From contig OZ245033.1 in assembly GCA_965224025.1 (NCBI GenBank), positions 3,936,001-4,000,000 on the forward strand: a DNA stretch of 64,000 bases, in the 5' to 3' direction. Below the pieces are notes generated by a model. It worked only from the letters and a program-made list of their open reading frames with translations, had not been told where the DNA came from and ran no database searches. This DNA comes from Candidatus Multivorans sp. (lineage in GTDB: Bacteria > Acidobacteriota > Thermoanaerobaculia > Multivoradales > Multivoraceae). Shown in pieces: positions 40,601 to 53,483 of the stretch (its first letter is position 1; each line of letters begins with the position of its first letter). The translations under genes and the position numbers were made by a program.

Positions 40601-41177
40601 TCCCGGTGCGCGCAGCTTCGAGCTTGTCGTTGGTCAGGATCTCGAACGGGAGGTTGAAGCGTCGATGCAGTTCGTCCTGCCACTGCTCCGCCAAAGCCCC
40701 CGGACACACGACGAGGCAGCGCTCCAGGTCGCCCCGGGCGATGAGTTCCTTGATCAGCAATCCCGCCATGATCGTCTTGCCTGCGCCCGGGTCGTCGGCG
40801 AGGAGGAAGCGCAGCGGCTGGCGCGGCAGCATTTCGTCGTAGACGGCGGTGATCTGATGCGGCAGAGGCTCGACCACCGAGGTGTGAACGGCCAGCACCG
40901 GGTCGAACAGGTGCGCGAGGCGAATGCGCTGCGCTTCGGAAGCCAATCGGAACAGAGCGCCGTCGCCGTCGAAGCTCCACGGCCGTCCGTGGTCGACGAT
41001 CTCAAGGCGGGGCTCGTCGTGGCGGTACAGGAGCTCGTTGGCGACGGCGCCATCGCCAGTCTTGTAGGTCAACTCAAGCGCCTCCGAGCCGAACCACTCG
41101 GCGCTGACGACCGTCACCGAGCCCTCGGGATGGACACCGCGAACTGTGCAGCGCGGTTGAAGATCTTCAAGACGCAC
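37602..41177 (-). CDS. SNF2-family helicase with C-terminal DUF3883 (PD-(D/E)xK) nuclease domain
   Basis: LLADDPGAGKT, DEAH, TATPHNG, TDAAGEGINLQ, EQRFGRIHRIGQ and GYDIES...FVEVKGR. Confidence 0.93.
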   Translation of the reverse strand: MRLEDLQPRCTVRGVHPEGSVTVVSAEWFGSEALELTYKTGDGAVANELLYRHDEPRLEIVDHGRPWSFDGDGALFRLASEAQRIRLAHLFDPVLAVHTSVVEPLPHQITAVYDEMLPRQPLRFLLADDPGAGKTIMAGLLIKELIARGDLERCLVVCPGALAEQWQDELHRRFNLPFEILTNDKLEAARTGNWFREENLVIARLDKLSRDEDVQQKLQAPDADWDLVVCDEAHKFSATLYGTEIRYTKRYRLGQLLSRLTRHFLLMTATPHNGKETDFQLFMALLDGDRFEGRFRDGVHTTDVSDLMRRMVKERLLKFDGKPLFPERIAHTVPYRLSDDEARLYAAVTSYVREEFNRAEALANAKRAGTVGFALTLLQRRLASSPEAIYRALRRRRERLESRLRELEVLQRGGQHSLVVAFLAPELDEDDVEDLADAPEEEVEDTEAQILDQATAAQSIAELRAEIETLKVLEALALEVRRAGRDTKWRELATLLAEIFTASGPQDRVGKRDQTSGDGAATLPPQSPGQKLVLFTEHRDTLRYLYERIATLLGRESAVAVIHGSIGREKRLEVQQAFQYDPQVQVLLATDAAGEGINLQRAHLMVNYDLPWNPNRLEQRFGRIHRIGQTEVCHLWNLVAQDTREGDVYHRLLEKLEQARQTLGGQVFDVLGKLEFEGRSLRNLLLDAIRYGERPEVRARLDVAVDHAVDRFALQELLEERQLAHDAMDASGVQRVREDMARAEARRLQPHYIESFFREAFGCLGGKLRQREARRYQVSHVPGPVKYRDRLIGVREAVLPRYERVVFEKHLVAPPGHPLAAFVCPGHPLLEAVIDLTLERHRDLLRRGAVLVDERDGGTAPRVLFSIEHALQDGSTTRNGDRRVISKRVLYVELDSAGVKRHIHYAPYLDYRPLEDGEPTVEEFLERPECQWIDCGLEQEAQAYAVAHVVPEHLQEVRDTRLEFIGKTEAAVKDRLTKEINHWDHSAAQLKLAEEAGKPAARLNSGEARRRADTLAGRLQKRFEELKREKQISPRPPLVLGGLLVAPQGLIEAMAGRSERPRPTIDTQESAARAREIVMETERGLGFEPTDRELDKLGYDIESRDPATGKLRFVEVKGRRSDAATITVTRNEILYSLNKPDDFILAIVLFGEDKHHAVHYVRQPFRREPDFGAASVNYTLRELLAEAEAPR

Positions 41178-41220
41178 GTGATCGATCCGCAGCTCTAGGA
41201 GATTCGTGGCCCGGCTGGAA

Positions 41221-42483
41221 CTAGCCGCCGTCCTCGCCGCCCCGCCCGCCGACGATCACCTGGTGCGCCTTGAGCCGCAGCGCGTTGAGGCGGATGAACC
41301 CCCGGGCGTCGGTCTGGTCGTAGCCGCCCTCGACGTCCATGGACGACAGGTTCTGGTCGTAGAGCGAGCTCGGCGACTCGCGGCCGAGGATGCTCACGCC
41401 GCCCTTGTAGAGGCGCAGGTGGACGGTGCCGTCGATGATCCGCTCGGCCTGGAGGAAGGCGGCGCGGATGAACTCCATCTCCGGCGAGAACCAGAAGCCG
41501 TTGTAGATCAGTTCCGCGAACTTGGGCGACAGGCCGTCGCGCAGGCGCTGGACTTCCCGATCCATGGCAACGCCCTCGAGGTCGCGCAGGGCGTGGTGGA
41601 GGATCGTGCCACCCGGGGTCTCGTAGACGCCGCGCGACTTGATGCCCACGAAACGGTTCTCGACGATGTCGATGCGGCCGATGCCGTTCCGGCCGCCGAT
41701 TTCGTTCAGGTACTCGAACAGGGGCAGGGAATCCGAGTGCTCGACACCGGCGGTGCGGTCGCGCACCCGCACCGGGCGCGCGTCCTTGAACTCGATCTCG
41801 ATCTCGATGGGCTCGTCCGGCGCGTCAAGCGGCGACACGGTGAGCGAGAACATGTCTTCGGTCGGCGTCTGCATCGGGTCCTCGAGCAGGCCGGCCTCGT
41901 AGCTCTTGTGCATCAGGTTCTCGTCCATGCTGTACGGCTTCTCGGACGAGGCCTCGATCGGGATGCCCTGCTCTTCGGCGTAGTCCAGAAGGTCGGTGCG
42001 GCCCTGGAAGCGGCGCAGGAACTCGGCGTCCTTCCAAGGCGCGTAGACCTCGATGGACGGCGCCAGCGCGGCGTAGGCGAGTTCGAAGCGGACCTGGTCA
42101 TTGCCCTTGCCGGTAGCGCCATGGGAGAGCACGTCGGCGCCCTCGCCAATCGCGATCTCGGCCTGGCAGCGCGCGATCAGCGGCCGCGCCAGGGCAGTGC
42201 CGAGCAGGTAGCGGTTCTCATAGACCGCGTTGCCGGCGATCGCCGGGTAGATGAAGTCGGTCACGAACTCGCGCCGCAGGTCCTCGACGTAGACCTTCGA
42301 GGCGCCGATCGCCTCGGCCCGGCGGGCCTGGCGGTCGAAGTCCTCGCGCTGGCCCACGTCGACGATCACGGCGACGACGTCGAAACCGCGCTCCTGCAGG
42401 GTGCGCAGGATCACGGAGGTGTCGAGACCTCCGCTGTAGGCGAGTACGGCCTTCTTCTTCGGAAAGACTGGCTTGCTCGGCAT
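41221..42483 (-). CDS. argG: Argininosuccinate synthase
   Basis: [33 protein letters not shown] and [11 protein letters not shown]. Confidence 0.98.
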   Translation of the reverse strand: MPSKPVFPKKKAVLAYSGGLDTSVILRTLQERGFDVVAVIVDVGQREDFDRQARRAEAIGASKVYVEDLRREFVTDFIYPAIAGNAVYENRYLLGTALARPLIARCQAEIAIGEGADVLSHGATGKGNDQVRFELAYAALAPSIEVYAPWKDAEFLRRFQGRTDLLDYAEEQGIPIEASSEKPYSMDENLMHKSYEAGLLEDPMQTPTEDMFSLTVSPLDAPDEPIEIEIEFKDARPVRVRDRTAGVEHSDSLPLFEYLNEIGGRNGIGRIDIVENRFVGIKSRGVYETPGGTILHHALRDLEGVAMDREVQRLRDGLSPKFAELIYNGFWFSPEMEFIRAAFLQAERIIDGTVHLRLYKGGVSILGRESPSSLYDQNLSSMDVEGGYDQTDARGFIRLNALRLKAHQVIVGGRGGEDGG

Positions 42484-42567
42484 GGCTCAGTGGACCTCTC
42501 TGGGGCCCGGAGATCGCGCCGGGCCGGCGGGAGACTATCCGGGCTGCGGCCCGCGGTGAAGCTCCGT

Positions 42568-43974
42568 TCAGGCGTCGTCCATGGAGTCGGCCGGCAGCAG
42601 GGGGACCAGGCTTCGCCGCCAGAGACGCCACCGCACGCGAAACGCAAGGAAGGTGGCGACAAAGACCAGACCGAAGGTCAGCCCCCACCACAACCCGCTC
42701 GGGCCAAGCCCTCTCTCGAAGGTCAGCCACGCGCCGGCCGGTATGCCCACCACCCAGTAGCCCACGAGAGCGACCCCCGCGGGAAAGCGCGTGTCGGCAG
42801 CGCCCCGGAGCACACCGGCGGCGGCCACCTGGAGGCCATCGGCGACCTGGAACAGGCCGGCGATCGGAATCAGCGCGGCGGCCGCCGCGATCACGCCGGG
42901 CACATCGCTGAACAGGCGCGCCAGGAGCTGCGGCAGCGAGAAGAACACGAGGCCGAAGGCGGTCATCACACCGGCGCCGAAGCCGAGGCAGACCAGGGCC
43001 GAGCGGCGAGCGGCCACCTGATCCCGGCGCCCGATCGCGTTGCCGACGCGGGTGGTGGCGGCACCCGCGAAACCCAGCGGAACCATGAAGGAGATCGAGG
43101 CCAGACTGATCGCCACCTGGTGACCGCTCAGTTCGGCCTCGCCCAGCCGGCCGATGAGGACGGCCGCGAAACTGAACACACTGACCTCGAGCGAAACCTG
43201 AACCGCGATCGGCACGCCCACGAACAGGAAGGGTCGCAACGCGGCCGGGCGCAACCAGGACAGCCGCCATCCGCTGACGTACGGGCGCAGGTGACGCCAG
43301 CCGAACACCGCGATCGTGATCAGCATCACCCAGCGAGATCCCGACGTGGCGTAGGCGGAGCCCCGTACACCGAGCGCCGGGAAGCCGAGGTTGCCGAAGA
43401 TCAGCGCCCAGTTCGCGAGCGCGTTGAACACGTTGGCGACGACGATCGAGATCAGGGCCGGCCTCACGATGCTCATCGCCTGAAGCGTCTGCCGCAGACA
43501 CATGAAGAGCAGGAAGGCGATCACGCCGGGGCCGATGCCGTGAAGGTAGGCGGTGGCCGGTTCGATGATCGCCTGGGGCTGATTCGTGAGCGGCAGGACG
43601 CGATCCAGTTCCAACACGATCAGCGTGGCCGGCACCGACAGCAGGACCGCCATTCCCACGCCCCGGCAAAGCACGCGGCCGATTCGCCGGTGGTCGCCGG
43701 CGCCGAACGCCTGCGCCGCCATCGGATCGATCGCCAGCAGAATGCCGATGAAGGACCAGATCACCGCAATGCTGAGCGCGTTGCCGATCGAGCCGGCCGC
43801 CAGGTCGGTCTCGGAAACCCGGCCGAGCATCATGGTGTCCACGGCGCCCATCAACACCATGCCGACCTGCACCAGGATGACCGGCGTCGCCAAGCGCAGC
43901 ACGGCACCCAATTCCGTTCGCACGTCCGCGGACGGACGCGCGATCCGGGTCGCGCGTGACGCGGACCGCGTCAC
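42568..43974 (-). CDS. MATE-family efflux transporter (NorM-like)
   Basis: VDTMMLGR, LIFGNLGFPALGVRG, TTRVGNAIG and FQVADGLQ...GVLRG. Confidence 0.92.
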   Translation of the reverse strand: MTRSASRATRIARPSADVRTELGAVLRLATPVILVQVGMVLMGAVDTMMLGRVSETDLAAGSIGNALSIAVIWSFIGILLAIDPMAAQAFGAGDHRRIGRVLCRGVGMAVLLSVPATLIVLELDRVLPLTNQPQAIIEPATAYLHGIGPGVIAFLLFMCLRQTLQAMSIVRPALISIVVANVFNALANWALIFGNLGFPALGVRGSAYATSGSRWVMLITIAVFGWRHLRPYVSGWRLSWLRPAALRPFLFVGVPIAVQVSLEVSVFSFAAVLIGRLGEAELSGHQVAISLASISFMVPLGFAGAATTRVGNAIGRRDQVAARRSALVCLGFGAGVMTAFGLVFFSLPQLLARLFSDVPGVIAAAAALIPIAGLFQVADGLQVAAAGVLRGAADTRFPAGVALVGYWVVGIPAGAWLTFERGLGPSGLWWGLTFGLVFVATFLAFRVRWRLWRRSLVPLLPADSMDDA

Positions 43975-44068
43975 GCGGGTGCACGGCGAAGCGGCCGGGC
44001 GTCACTGACTGGGATCGCGCTCTTCAAGGGACGGTATTGTAGGCGCCGCTCACACTTCGAGATCGACC

Positions 44069-45049
44069 TTGCTCAGCTACATCCTCCGCAGGCTTGCCAC
44101 CGGGCTGGTCACCCTGTTCGGCATCTCGGTCATCTCGTTCTTCATCATCCAGCTCGTTCCGGGGGATCCGGCGCAGCTCCAGACCTCCCAGATCGCCGAC
44201 GCCGCGGTCTCGGAGCGCGTCTACCAGCAGTTGCGCGAGCTCTACGGACTCGACAAGCCGATTCCGGTTCAGTACTGGAACTGGGTCCGCAAGCTGGCCG
44301 TCGGCGACCTCGGATCGTCCTTCCACGACGGAAGGAGGGTGTCCGCCAAGATCGGCGAGGCGCTGTGGCCGACCTTGTCGGTCGCGCTCCTCTCCTTCAT
44401 GCTGACCCTGATCATCTCCACGCCGATCGGGATCTACAGCGCGCTCAAACAGGGCGGCGGCTTCGACCGCTCGGTCAGCACCGGCCTCTACATGCTCTAT
44501 TCGGTGCCGAACTACGTCGCCGGCATGCTGCTGATCCTGTACCTGGGCGTGAAGTGGGATCTGCTCCCCTTCCGCGGCATGCGGTCCGACGGCTACGACG
44601 ACATGACGACGCTCGGCCAGATGTGGGACCTGGCGCAGCACTACGTCCTGATCACGTTCTGCTTCACCTTCGGCAATCTCGCCTACTACTCGCGCTTCAT
44701 CCGCCAGAACCTGCTTGAGGTGGTGCGTCAGGACTACGTCCGCACCGCGCGAGCCAAGGGTCTCGGGGAGCGCAGCGTCGTGCTCAAGCACGCCTTCACG
44801 AACAGCCTCATCCCCCTGATCTCCCTGATCGGTCTGACCTTCCCGTTCGTGCTCAGCGGCAGCGTCATCCTCGAGTACATGTTCAACTGGCCGGGGCTGG
44901 GCCGCCTGTACTTCGAGTCCGTGCTGCAGCGCGACTATCCCACGATCATGGCGCTCAACTTCATCACCGCCCTGCTCGTGCTGGGCATCACCTTCATCGC
45001 CGACCTGACCTACGGTCTGGTCGACCCCCGGATCAGCTACGACAAGTGA
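44069..45049 (+). CDS. Peptide/nickel ABC transporter permease (DppB/OppB-like)
   Basis: PGDPA, GDLGSSF, DYVRTARAKGL, FNWPGLG and VDPRI. Confidence 0.93.
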   Translation: MLSYILRRLATGLVTLFGISVISFFIIQLVPGDPAQLQTSQIADAAVSERVYQQLRELYGLDKPIPVQYWNWVRKLAVGDLGSSFHDGRRVSAKIGEALWPTLSVALLSFMLTLIISTPIGIYSALKQGGGFDRSVSTGLYMLYSVPNYVAGMLLILYLGVKWDLLPFRGMRSDGYDDMTTLGQMWDLAQHYVLITFCFTFGNLAYYSRFIRQNLLEVVRQDYVRTARAKGLGERSVVLKHAFTNSLIPLISLIGLTFPFVLSGSVILEYMFNWPGLGRLYFESVLQRDYPTIMALNFITALLVLGITFIADLTYGLVDPRISYDK

Positions 45050-45050
45050 A

Positions 45051-46118
45051 ATGACGGCCGAAGCGACGAACAACCCGCCGGTGGCGCGCTCCTACTGGCA
45101 CATCACCTGGCGGCGCTTCCGCGGCCACCGGCTCGGCATGGTCGGGCTGTGCGTGGTGGCGGCGCTGTTCCTGGTCTCGTTCCTGTCGCCGATGCTGGCC
45201 AACGATCAGCCGATTCTCTGCCGCTTCGACGGCAGCTTCTACTACCCGGCGGTGATCGATCTGATCCACCAGGTACCCGGGACCCGACTGATCATCAAGA
45301 AGCAGAGGCCGTATCGGCTCGCGACCTTCGATTTCAAGCGCGAGTTCGACCCGGAACGCGGCGACTGGGCGCTGTGGACGCCGACGCGCTACGGCCCGCG
45401 CGAGATCGCCGCCGAGCCCCTGGCCGGGCCGTCCAGGCGTCACTGGCTGGGCACCGATCAGTCCGGGCGCGATGTTCTGTCGCGCATGGTCCACGGCACC
45501 GTGGTGTCGATGAAGGTCGGCTTCCTGTCGATGGGCATCGCGGTCATTCTCGGTCTGGTGCTGGGCTGCATCGCCGGCTACGCCGGCGGCATCGCCGACC
45601 TCGTCATCTCGCGCTTCATCGAGATCGTCATGTGCTTCCCGCCGTTCTTCCTGATCCTCGCGGTCCTGGCCTGGTTCCCGCCCAGCATCGAGAACGTGAT
45701 GATCGTGATCGGACTGACCCGCTGGGTCGGCATCGCGCGCTTCGCCCGCGGCGAGATCCTGCGCATCCGCGAGACGGACTACGCGCTTGCGGCGCGCTCG
45801 CTGGGCGTCCGGTCGGCCCAGCTCGTGCTCCGCCACCTGCTGCCCAACGCCCTGGCGCCGGTGCTGGTCAGCGTCACCTTCGGCATCGCCGTGTCGATCC
45901 TGATCGAGGCCGGCCTTTCCTGGCTCGGCTTCGGCGTCCAGCCGCCGGACCCGTCCTGGGGCACGATCCTGCGTTCCGGCTACGAGAACCTGTTCACCGC
46001 CGGCCACATGATTCCGCCCGCCTGCGTCGCGATCTTCGTCGCCGTGCTGAGTTTCAACCTGGTCGGCGATACGCTGAGGGACGTGATCGACCCGCGGCTT
46101 CAGGCGGAGCGCGGGTAG
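45051..46118 (+). CDS. Peptide/nickel ABC transporter permease (DppC/OppC-like)
   Basis: HWLGTDQSGRDV, HLLPNA, EAGLSWLGFG, PSWG and GDTLRDVIDPR. Confidence 0.93.
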   Translation: MTAEATNNPPVARSYWHITWRRFRGHRLGMVGLCVVAALFLVSFLSPMLANDQPILCRFDGSFYYPAVIDLIHQVPGTRLIIKKQRPYRLATFDFKREFDPERGDWALWTPTRYGPREIAAEPLAGPSRRHWLGTDQSGRDVLSRMVHGTVVSMKVGFLSMGIAVILGLVLGCIAGYAGGIADLVISRFIEIVMCFPPFFLILAVLAWFPPSIENVMIVIGLTRWVGIARFARGEILRIRETDYALAARSLGVRSAQLVLRHLLPNALAPVLVSVTFGIAVSILIEAGLSWLGFGVQPPDPSWGTILRSGYENLFTAGHMIPPACVAIFVAVLSFNLVGDTLRDVIDPRLQAERG

Positions 46119-46153
46119 ACGCTGCTAGCGTTCGACCAAGGAGGTAGGCAGCG

Positions 46154-49051
<2,898 letters not shown>

Positions 49052-49073
49052 GAACTCAGCGAAGGCACTCCAG

Positions 49074-50522
49074 ATGACCTACGAAGTCACGATCCCCGAG
49101 ATCGGCGAATCGATCACGGAAGCGCTGATCGTGCGCTGGATCAAGCAGGCCGGCGATGCCGTCGGCCGCGACGAGCCGCTCGTCGAACTCGAGACGGACA
49201 AGGTGACCGTCGAGATGCCGTCGCCGGTAGCCGGTGTCGTGTCCGAAATCGTCTGCGCGGAAGGCGAGACCGTTCCCATCGGCGGCGTGATCGCCCGCAT
49301 CGAGGAGGGCGCGCCCGCCGCCACCGCCAAGCCGGCTCCAAGCGTCGCGACGGCAGCGTCCGCCGGGACGGCAACCATCGGTGCCCAGGCCGACCTGCTC
49401 GCCGGCGCCGCCGCGGCGGCGCCTCCAGCGCCCGCCTCGGCGCCCACTCCCGTGCCTACGCCTCCCGCAGGCGGCTCCGATCCTGGAAACGCGGGCGTCT
49501 CGCCCGCATCCGCTGCCGCCGCCGTTCCGCCAACCGAGGAACCACTGCGCATCCTGCCCGCCGCACAACGCCTGATCGCCGAGCACGACCTCGACGCCGC
49601 CGTCATTCCCGCAACGGGCAAGGGCGGCCGGCTGCTGAAAAGCGACGTGATCGCCTACCTCGCCTCCCGCGAGGCGGAAGAGCCAGCCCCTACCAAGCCG
49701 GGCCCGGCCCCTACTCCGCCGCCGGCCGCTCCCGCACCGGCGCCGCGGGCCGCGACTGCCGCCCAGCCTGCACCCGCCCAACCGCTACCGGCCGCCCCGG
49801 CGGCGTCCGCCCCAGCCGGCGGCCGCGCCGAGGAACGGGTGACGATGACCCCGATCCGCCGCCGGATCGCCGAACGGCTGGTCGAGTCCCAGCAGCAGGC
49901 CGCTCTCCTGACCACGTTCAACGAGATCGACATGTCCGCGGTAAAGGACTTCCGGACGCAATACCGGGACGACTTCGAGAAACGTCACGATGTCCGGCTC
50001 GGCTTCCTGTCCTTCTTCGTCAAGGCGGTCGTCGACGCTCTGCGCCGCTTCCCGCGCCTGAACGCCGAAATCTCCGGCGCCGACATCATCTACCGGAACT
50101 ACTACGACATCGGCATCGCCGTCAGCACCGACCGCGGCCTCATGGTGCCGGTCCTGCGCAGCGCGGAGCGGATGTCCTTCGCCGAGATCGAGTCCCAGAT
50201 TGCCGACTTTGCAGGCCGAGCCCGCACCGGGCGCATCCGGATCGACGAACTCCAGGGCGGCACCTTCACGATCACCAACGGCGGCATCTTCGGTTCCCTG
50301 CTGTCGACGCCGATCATCAACCCCCCGCAAAGCGGCGTCCTCGGCCTGCACGCGATCCAGGACCGCCCCGTGGTGGAGAACGGCGAAGTCGTCGTCCGGC
50401 CAATGATGTACGTCGCCCTGACCTACGATCACCGCATCGTCGACGGCCGCGAAGCGGTCACCTTCCTGATCCGAATCAAGGAGGCAATCCAGGATCCGGC
50501 GCGGATGCTTGTCGAGGTCTGA
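49074..50522 (+). CDS. sucB: Dihydrolipoamide succinyltransferase E2
   Basis: Lipoyl ETDKVT, GKGGRLLK binding domain, TFTITNGG and YDHRIVDG. Confidence 0.96.
   Translation: MTYEVTIPEIGESITEALIVRWIKQAGDAVGRDEPLVELETDKVTVEMPSPVAGVVSEIVCAEGETVPIGGVIARIEEGAPAATAKPAPSVATAASAGTATIGAQADLLAGAAAAAPPAPASAPTPVPTPPAGGSDPGNAGVSPASAAAAVPPTEEPLRILPAAQRLIAEHDLDAAVIPATGKGGRLLKSDVIAYLASREAEEPAPTKPGPAPTPPPAAPAPAPRAATAAQPAPAQPLPAAPAASAPAGGRAEERVTMTPIRRRIAERLVESQQQAALLTTFNEIDMSAVKDFRTQYRDDFEKRHDVRLGFLSFFVKAVVDALRRFPRLNAEISGADIIYRNYYDIGIAVSTDRGLMVPVLRSAERMSFAEIESQIADFAGRARTGRIRIDELQGGTFTITNGGIFGSLLSTPIINPPQSGVLGLHAIQDRPVVENGEVVVRPMMYVALTYDHRIVDGREAVTFLIRIKEAIQDPARMLVEV
49482..49511 (+). repeat. REP-like palindromic repeat, copy inside the sucB linker
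   Basis: CCTGGAAACGCGGGCG-TCT-CGCCCGCATCC; related to 60555-60584 and 61058-61086. Confidence 0.7.
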
Positions 50523-50598
50523 ACCGAACCCGGAGCGGCCACGGGAACAGCAAACCGCCCTGGACGCGCCGGGGAGATGCATCCGTATACTCCACTGC

Positions 50599-51207
50599 AT
50601 GTCCGTGACGCTGCTTGAACAGCCGCCGCTGACCGTGCCCCGCGACCTTGGGCCGTATCGCCGGGAGGACTACGCCGCCCTGCCGGAGGAGCCTCGGTGC
50701 GAGCTGATCCACGGCAGGTTCTACTTGAGTCCCAGCCCCATCCTCCGGCACCAGTTCCTGGTGACTCACGTGTGGCAGGTACTGAAGGCCGCCGCCGACC
50801 GGGAGGGTGGTCTTGCCGTCGTCGCCCCGATGGACGTCCACCTCGCCGACCACACCGTGGTCCAGCCGGACGTCCTCTACGTTTCGCCTGAGCGACGCGA
50901 GATCGCCCAGACCTGGATCGAAGGCGCCCCGGACCTCCTGGTCGAGGTCCTGTCGCCAGGGACCGCCCGCGTCGACCGCCTCCAGAAGCTGAACCTCTAC
51001 GCCGCCTCCGGCGTGGCGGAGTACTGGATCGTCGATCCCGCGAACCGGACGGTCGAGTTCTTCGTCCACGACGGCGACCGCTTCGGAGTCCACACGCCGA
51101 AGGGGAGGCTCTGGACATCACCCGCGGTCCGCGGCGTCCAACTGGACATCGAGGCTCTCTGGACCGCAGTCGAACGCGAGTTCGGGCCGCAGAAGGCAGC
51201 GGACTGA
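50599..51207 (+). CDS. Uma2-family (DUF820) endonuclease-like protein
   Basis: ELIHG, VQPDVL, APDLLVEVLSP and YAASGVAEYWIVDP. Confidence 0.92.
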   Translation: MSVTLLEQPPLTVPRDLGPYRREDYAALPEEPRCELIHGRFYLSPSPILRHQFLVTHVWQVLKAAADREGGLAVVAPMDVHLADHTVVQPDVLYVSPERREIAQTWIEGAPDLLVEVLSPGTARVDRLQKLNLYAASGVAEYWIVDPANRTVEFFVHDGDRFGVHTPKGRLWTSPAVRGVQLDIEALWTAVEREFGPQKAAD

Positions 51208-51368
51208 CGCCGCGAATCCGCCTAGGCCGGCCACCGCCACCACGCCGGACTCGCCGCGCCCGGCCACCATCGTTCCAATGGCGCCTGAGGCGGCGGCGCC
51301 ACCTCCGGGCAGGAGGAACGATCGCGGCCGCCCGTCCGGTTCCGTTGGGGCGCCCGAGTTCCGGGCGA

Positions 51369-51405
51369 TTGACACGCGCGCCAGCCGGGTAATACCGTAA
51401 TACTC
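51369..51405 (+). promoter_or_regulatory. Putative sigma70 promoter with overlapping tandem operator for the TA operon (probably leaderless)
   Basis: TTGACA (51369-51374), 18-bp spacer, TACCGT (51393-51398); GTAATAC direct repeat over the -10; ATG at 51406 with no RBS. Confidence 0.55.
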
Positions 51406-51649
51406 ATGACCACGATTCTCATTCAAGGTCGACGAACACGAGGCGCGGGCCATCCGCCTGCAGGCGAAGCGGGAAGGGGTCAGCGTGTCGGAGTTCCTTC
51501 GCCGCATGGCGCGCCTCGCCCTGGCGCCTCCTGAGAAACCCCGCACGGTCCGCTGCCGCCATACCGGCGCCGAGATCTTCGCCGCTCCTGAGCGCCTGCC
51601 TCCCCTCTCCACCGAGATGGTGCGCGACCTGCTCTCCGATTTCCCGTGA
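51406..51649 (+). pseudogene. Ribbon-helix-helix antitoxin with a +1 frameshift after codon 4
   Basis: ATG ACC ACG ATT C TCA TTC AAG... gives MTTI/SFKVDEHEARAIRLQAKREGVSVSEFLRR...LLSDFP*; the stop overlaps the PIN start. Not in the ORF track. Confidence 0.75.
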
Positions 51650-52071
51650 AGTACCTGCTGGACGTCAACATTCTGGTCGCGTGGGGCTGGTCGGATCATG
51701 TCGCGTACGAACACACCGCAGCATGGATCGCAGCCACTCGCGCGGCGCCCAGGTCGAAGCTCTTGACGTCGGCGATCCCCGAGCTCGGTTTCGTTTGCGT
51801 GTCGGTCCAGCACACCGGAGGCAGCGTCACGGTCGAAGAAGCTGCCAGCACGCTGGCGGGCATGTTGGGCTCGCTGGGACCAACCCACGCGTTCGTCCCG
51901 GACGACAGGGCCGCCCGGCAGTTCCCCAACTGGTGCAGGTATGCATCCCAGACGACTGACGCGCATCTGGTGCAGTTGGCGGCCGCGCACGGCGCCCTGC
52001 TTGCCACCCTGGACACCGGGATTCCCGGAGCCTTCGTCGTGCCCGATGTGACGGCGGACCGCGGAACATGA
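51646..52071 (+). CDS. VapC-family PIN toxin
   Basis: YLLDVNILVA, PELGF, TTDAHL and LATLD. Confidence 0.87.
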   Translation: MKYLLDVNILVAWGWSDHVAYEHTAAWIAATRAAPRSKLLTSAIPELGFVCVSVQHTGGSVTVEEAASTLAGMLGSLGPTHAFVPDDRAARQFPNWCRYASQTTDAHLVQLAAAHGALLATLDTGIPGAFVVPDVTADRGT

Positions 52072-53483
52072 CCCTCGACGTCTTCGACATCACCGTCGTC
52101 GGCGCCGGTCCCGGCGGTTACGTGGCCGCGATCCGAGCGGCCCAACTCGGATTCCGGACGGCGGTGATCGACGAGCATCCGGCGGCGGGCGGTGTCTGCC
52201 TGCGGGTCGGCTGCATTCCGAGCAAGGCGCTGCTTGAGTCGAGTCAGAGGCTGCATGCCGCACGCAGCGAACTCGCGACGCACGGCGGCGTCGCGGGCGA
52301 GATCGGCCTTGATCTGCAGGCGATGATGAAGCGCAAGGACCGGGTCGTCACCACTCTTACTCGCGGCGTCTCTTCCCTCCTCAAGAAGAACAAGATCGAG
52401 CACATCCAGGGCCGGGCGAAACTCGGCGGGCAGCAAGGCGAGACGCGGAGCGTCGAGGCGGCAACCGGGGACGGCGAACGGACGATTCAGGCCAGGAACG
52501 TGATCGTCGCCACGGGTTCCCGTCCCGCCAGTCTGCCCGGCATCGACCTCGACGGTGACCGCATCGGCACCAGCACGGAGGCGCTGGCGTACGACGCGGC
52601 GCCCGAGCGCCTGGTCGTGGTCGGTGCCGGCTACATCGGCCTTGAGCTCGGCGCGGTCTGGAACCGGCTCGGCTCGAAGGTCACCGTGCTTGAGTACCTC
52701 GACCGCATTCTGCCCGGCGCCGACGCGGAGATCGCGGCGGCCGCGGCGAAGATCTTCAGCCGCCAGGGCCTCGACATCCGGCTCGGCAGCCGGGTTCTGG
52801 GCGCCTCGGTCCAGACCGGCAAAGACGGCGACCGCTGCGTGGTCGAGGTCGACGGCGCCGATCCGATCGAGTGCGATCGCGTCCTGGTCGCGGTCGGGCG
52901 CACCCCGATCAGCGACGATCTGGGACTCGTGGAAGCCGGCGTATCGGTCGACGAGCGCGGCTTCATCCAGGTGAACGAACGCTTCGCCACCTCCGCGCCC
53001 GGCGTCTTCGCGATCGGCGACGTGATCGGCGGCCCCCAACTGGCTCACAAGGCCGAAGACGAGGGGATGGCCTGCGTCGAGGGCATCGCCGGCGGCTACG
53101 TTCACATCGACTACGACGCGATCCCCGGCATCGTCTACACCGAGCCCGAAGTCGCTTCCGTCGGCAAGACGGAAGAAGAACTGCAGGAAGCCGGAATCGC
53201 GTACCGCAAGGGCTCCTTCCCTTTCCGCGCCATCGGCCGCGCGCGCGCCACCGGCAGCCTGGAGGGCTTCGTCAAGATCCTGGCCGGCGCCGAGACGGAC
53301 GAGGTGCTCGGCGTCCACATCCTGGGCAGCCACGCCGGCGACCTGATTGCCGAGGCGGTGGCGGCGATCAGCTTCGGGGCCTCGGCGGAGGATCTCTTCC
53401 GCACCTCCCACGCCCACCCGACACTCGCCGAAGCGGTGAAGGAAGCCGCCCTGGCGGTGCACGGCCGCCCCATCCACATGTAG
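52068..53483 (+). CDS. lpdA: Dihydrolipoamide dehydrogenase E3
   Basis: GAGPGGY, CLRVGCIPSK, GAGYIGLE and HAHPTLAE. Confidence 0.97.
   Translation: MTLDVFDITVVGAGPGGYVAAIRAAQLGFRTAVIDEHPAAGGVCLRVGCIPSKALLESSQRLHAARSELATHGGVAGEIGLDLQAMMKRKDRVVTTLTRGVSSLLKKNKIEHIQGRAKLGGQQGETRSVEAATGDGERTIQARNVIVATGSRPASLPGIDLDGDRIGTSTEALAYDAAPERLVVVGAGYIGLELGAVWNRLGSKVTVLEYLDRILPGADAEIAAAAAKIFSRQGLDIRLGSRVLGASVQTGKDGDRCVVEVDGADPIECDRVLVAVGRTPISDDLGLVEAGVSVDERGFIQVNERFATSAPGVFAIGDVIGGPQLAHKAEDEGMACVEGIAGGYVHIDYDAIPGIVYTEPEVASVGKTEEELQEAGIAYRKGSFPFRAIGRARATGSLEGFVKILAGAETDEVLGVHILGSHAGDLIAEAVAAISFGASAEDLFRTSHAHPTLAEAVKEAALAVHGRPIHM

Noticed and set aside
41206-43959. 917-aa plus-strand ORF
   Set aside because: Antisense shadow of argG and the MATE gene; long stop-free antisense frames are expected at this GC content.
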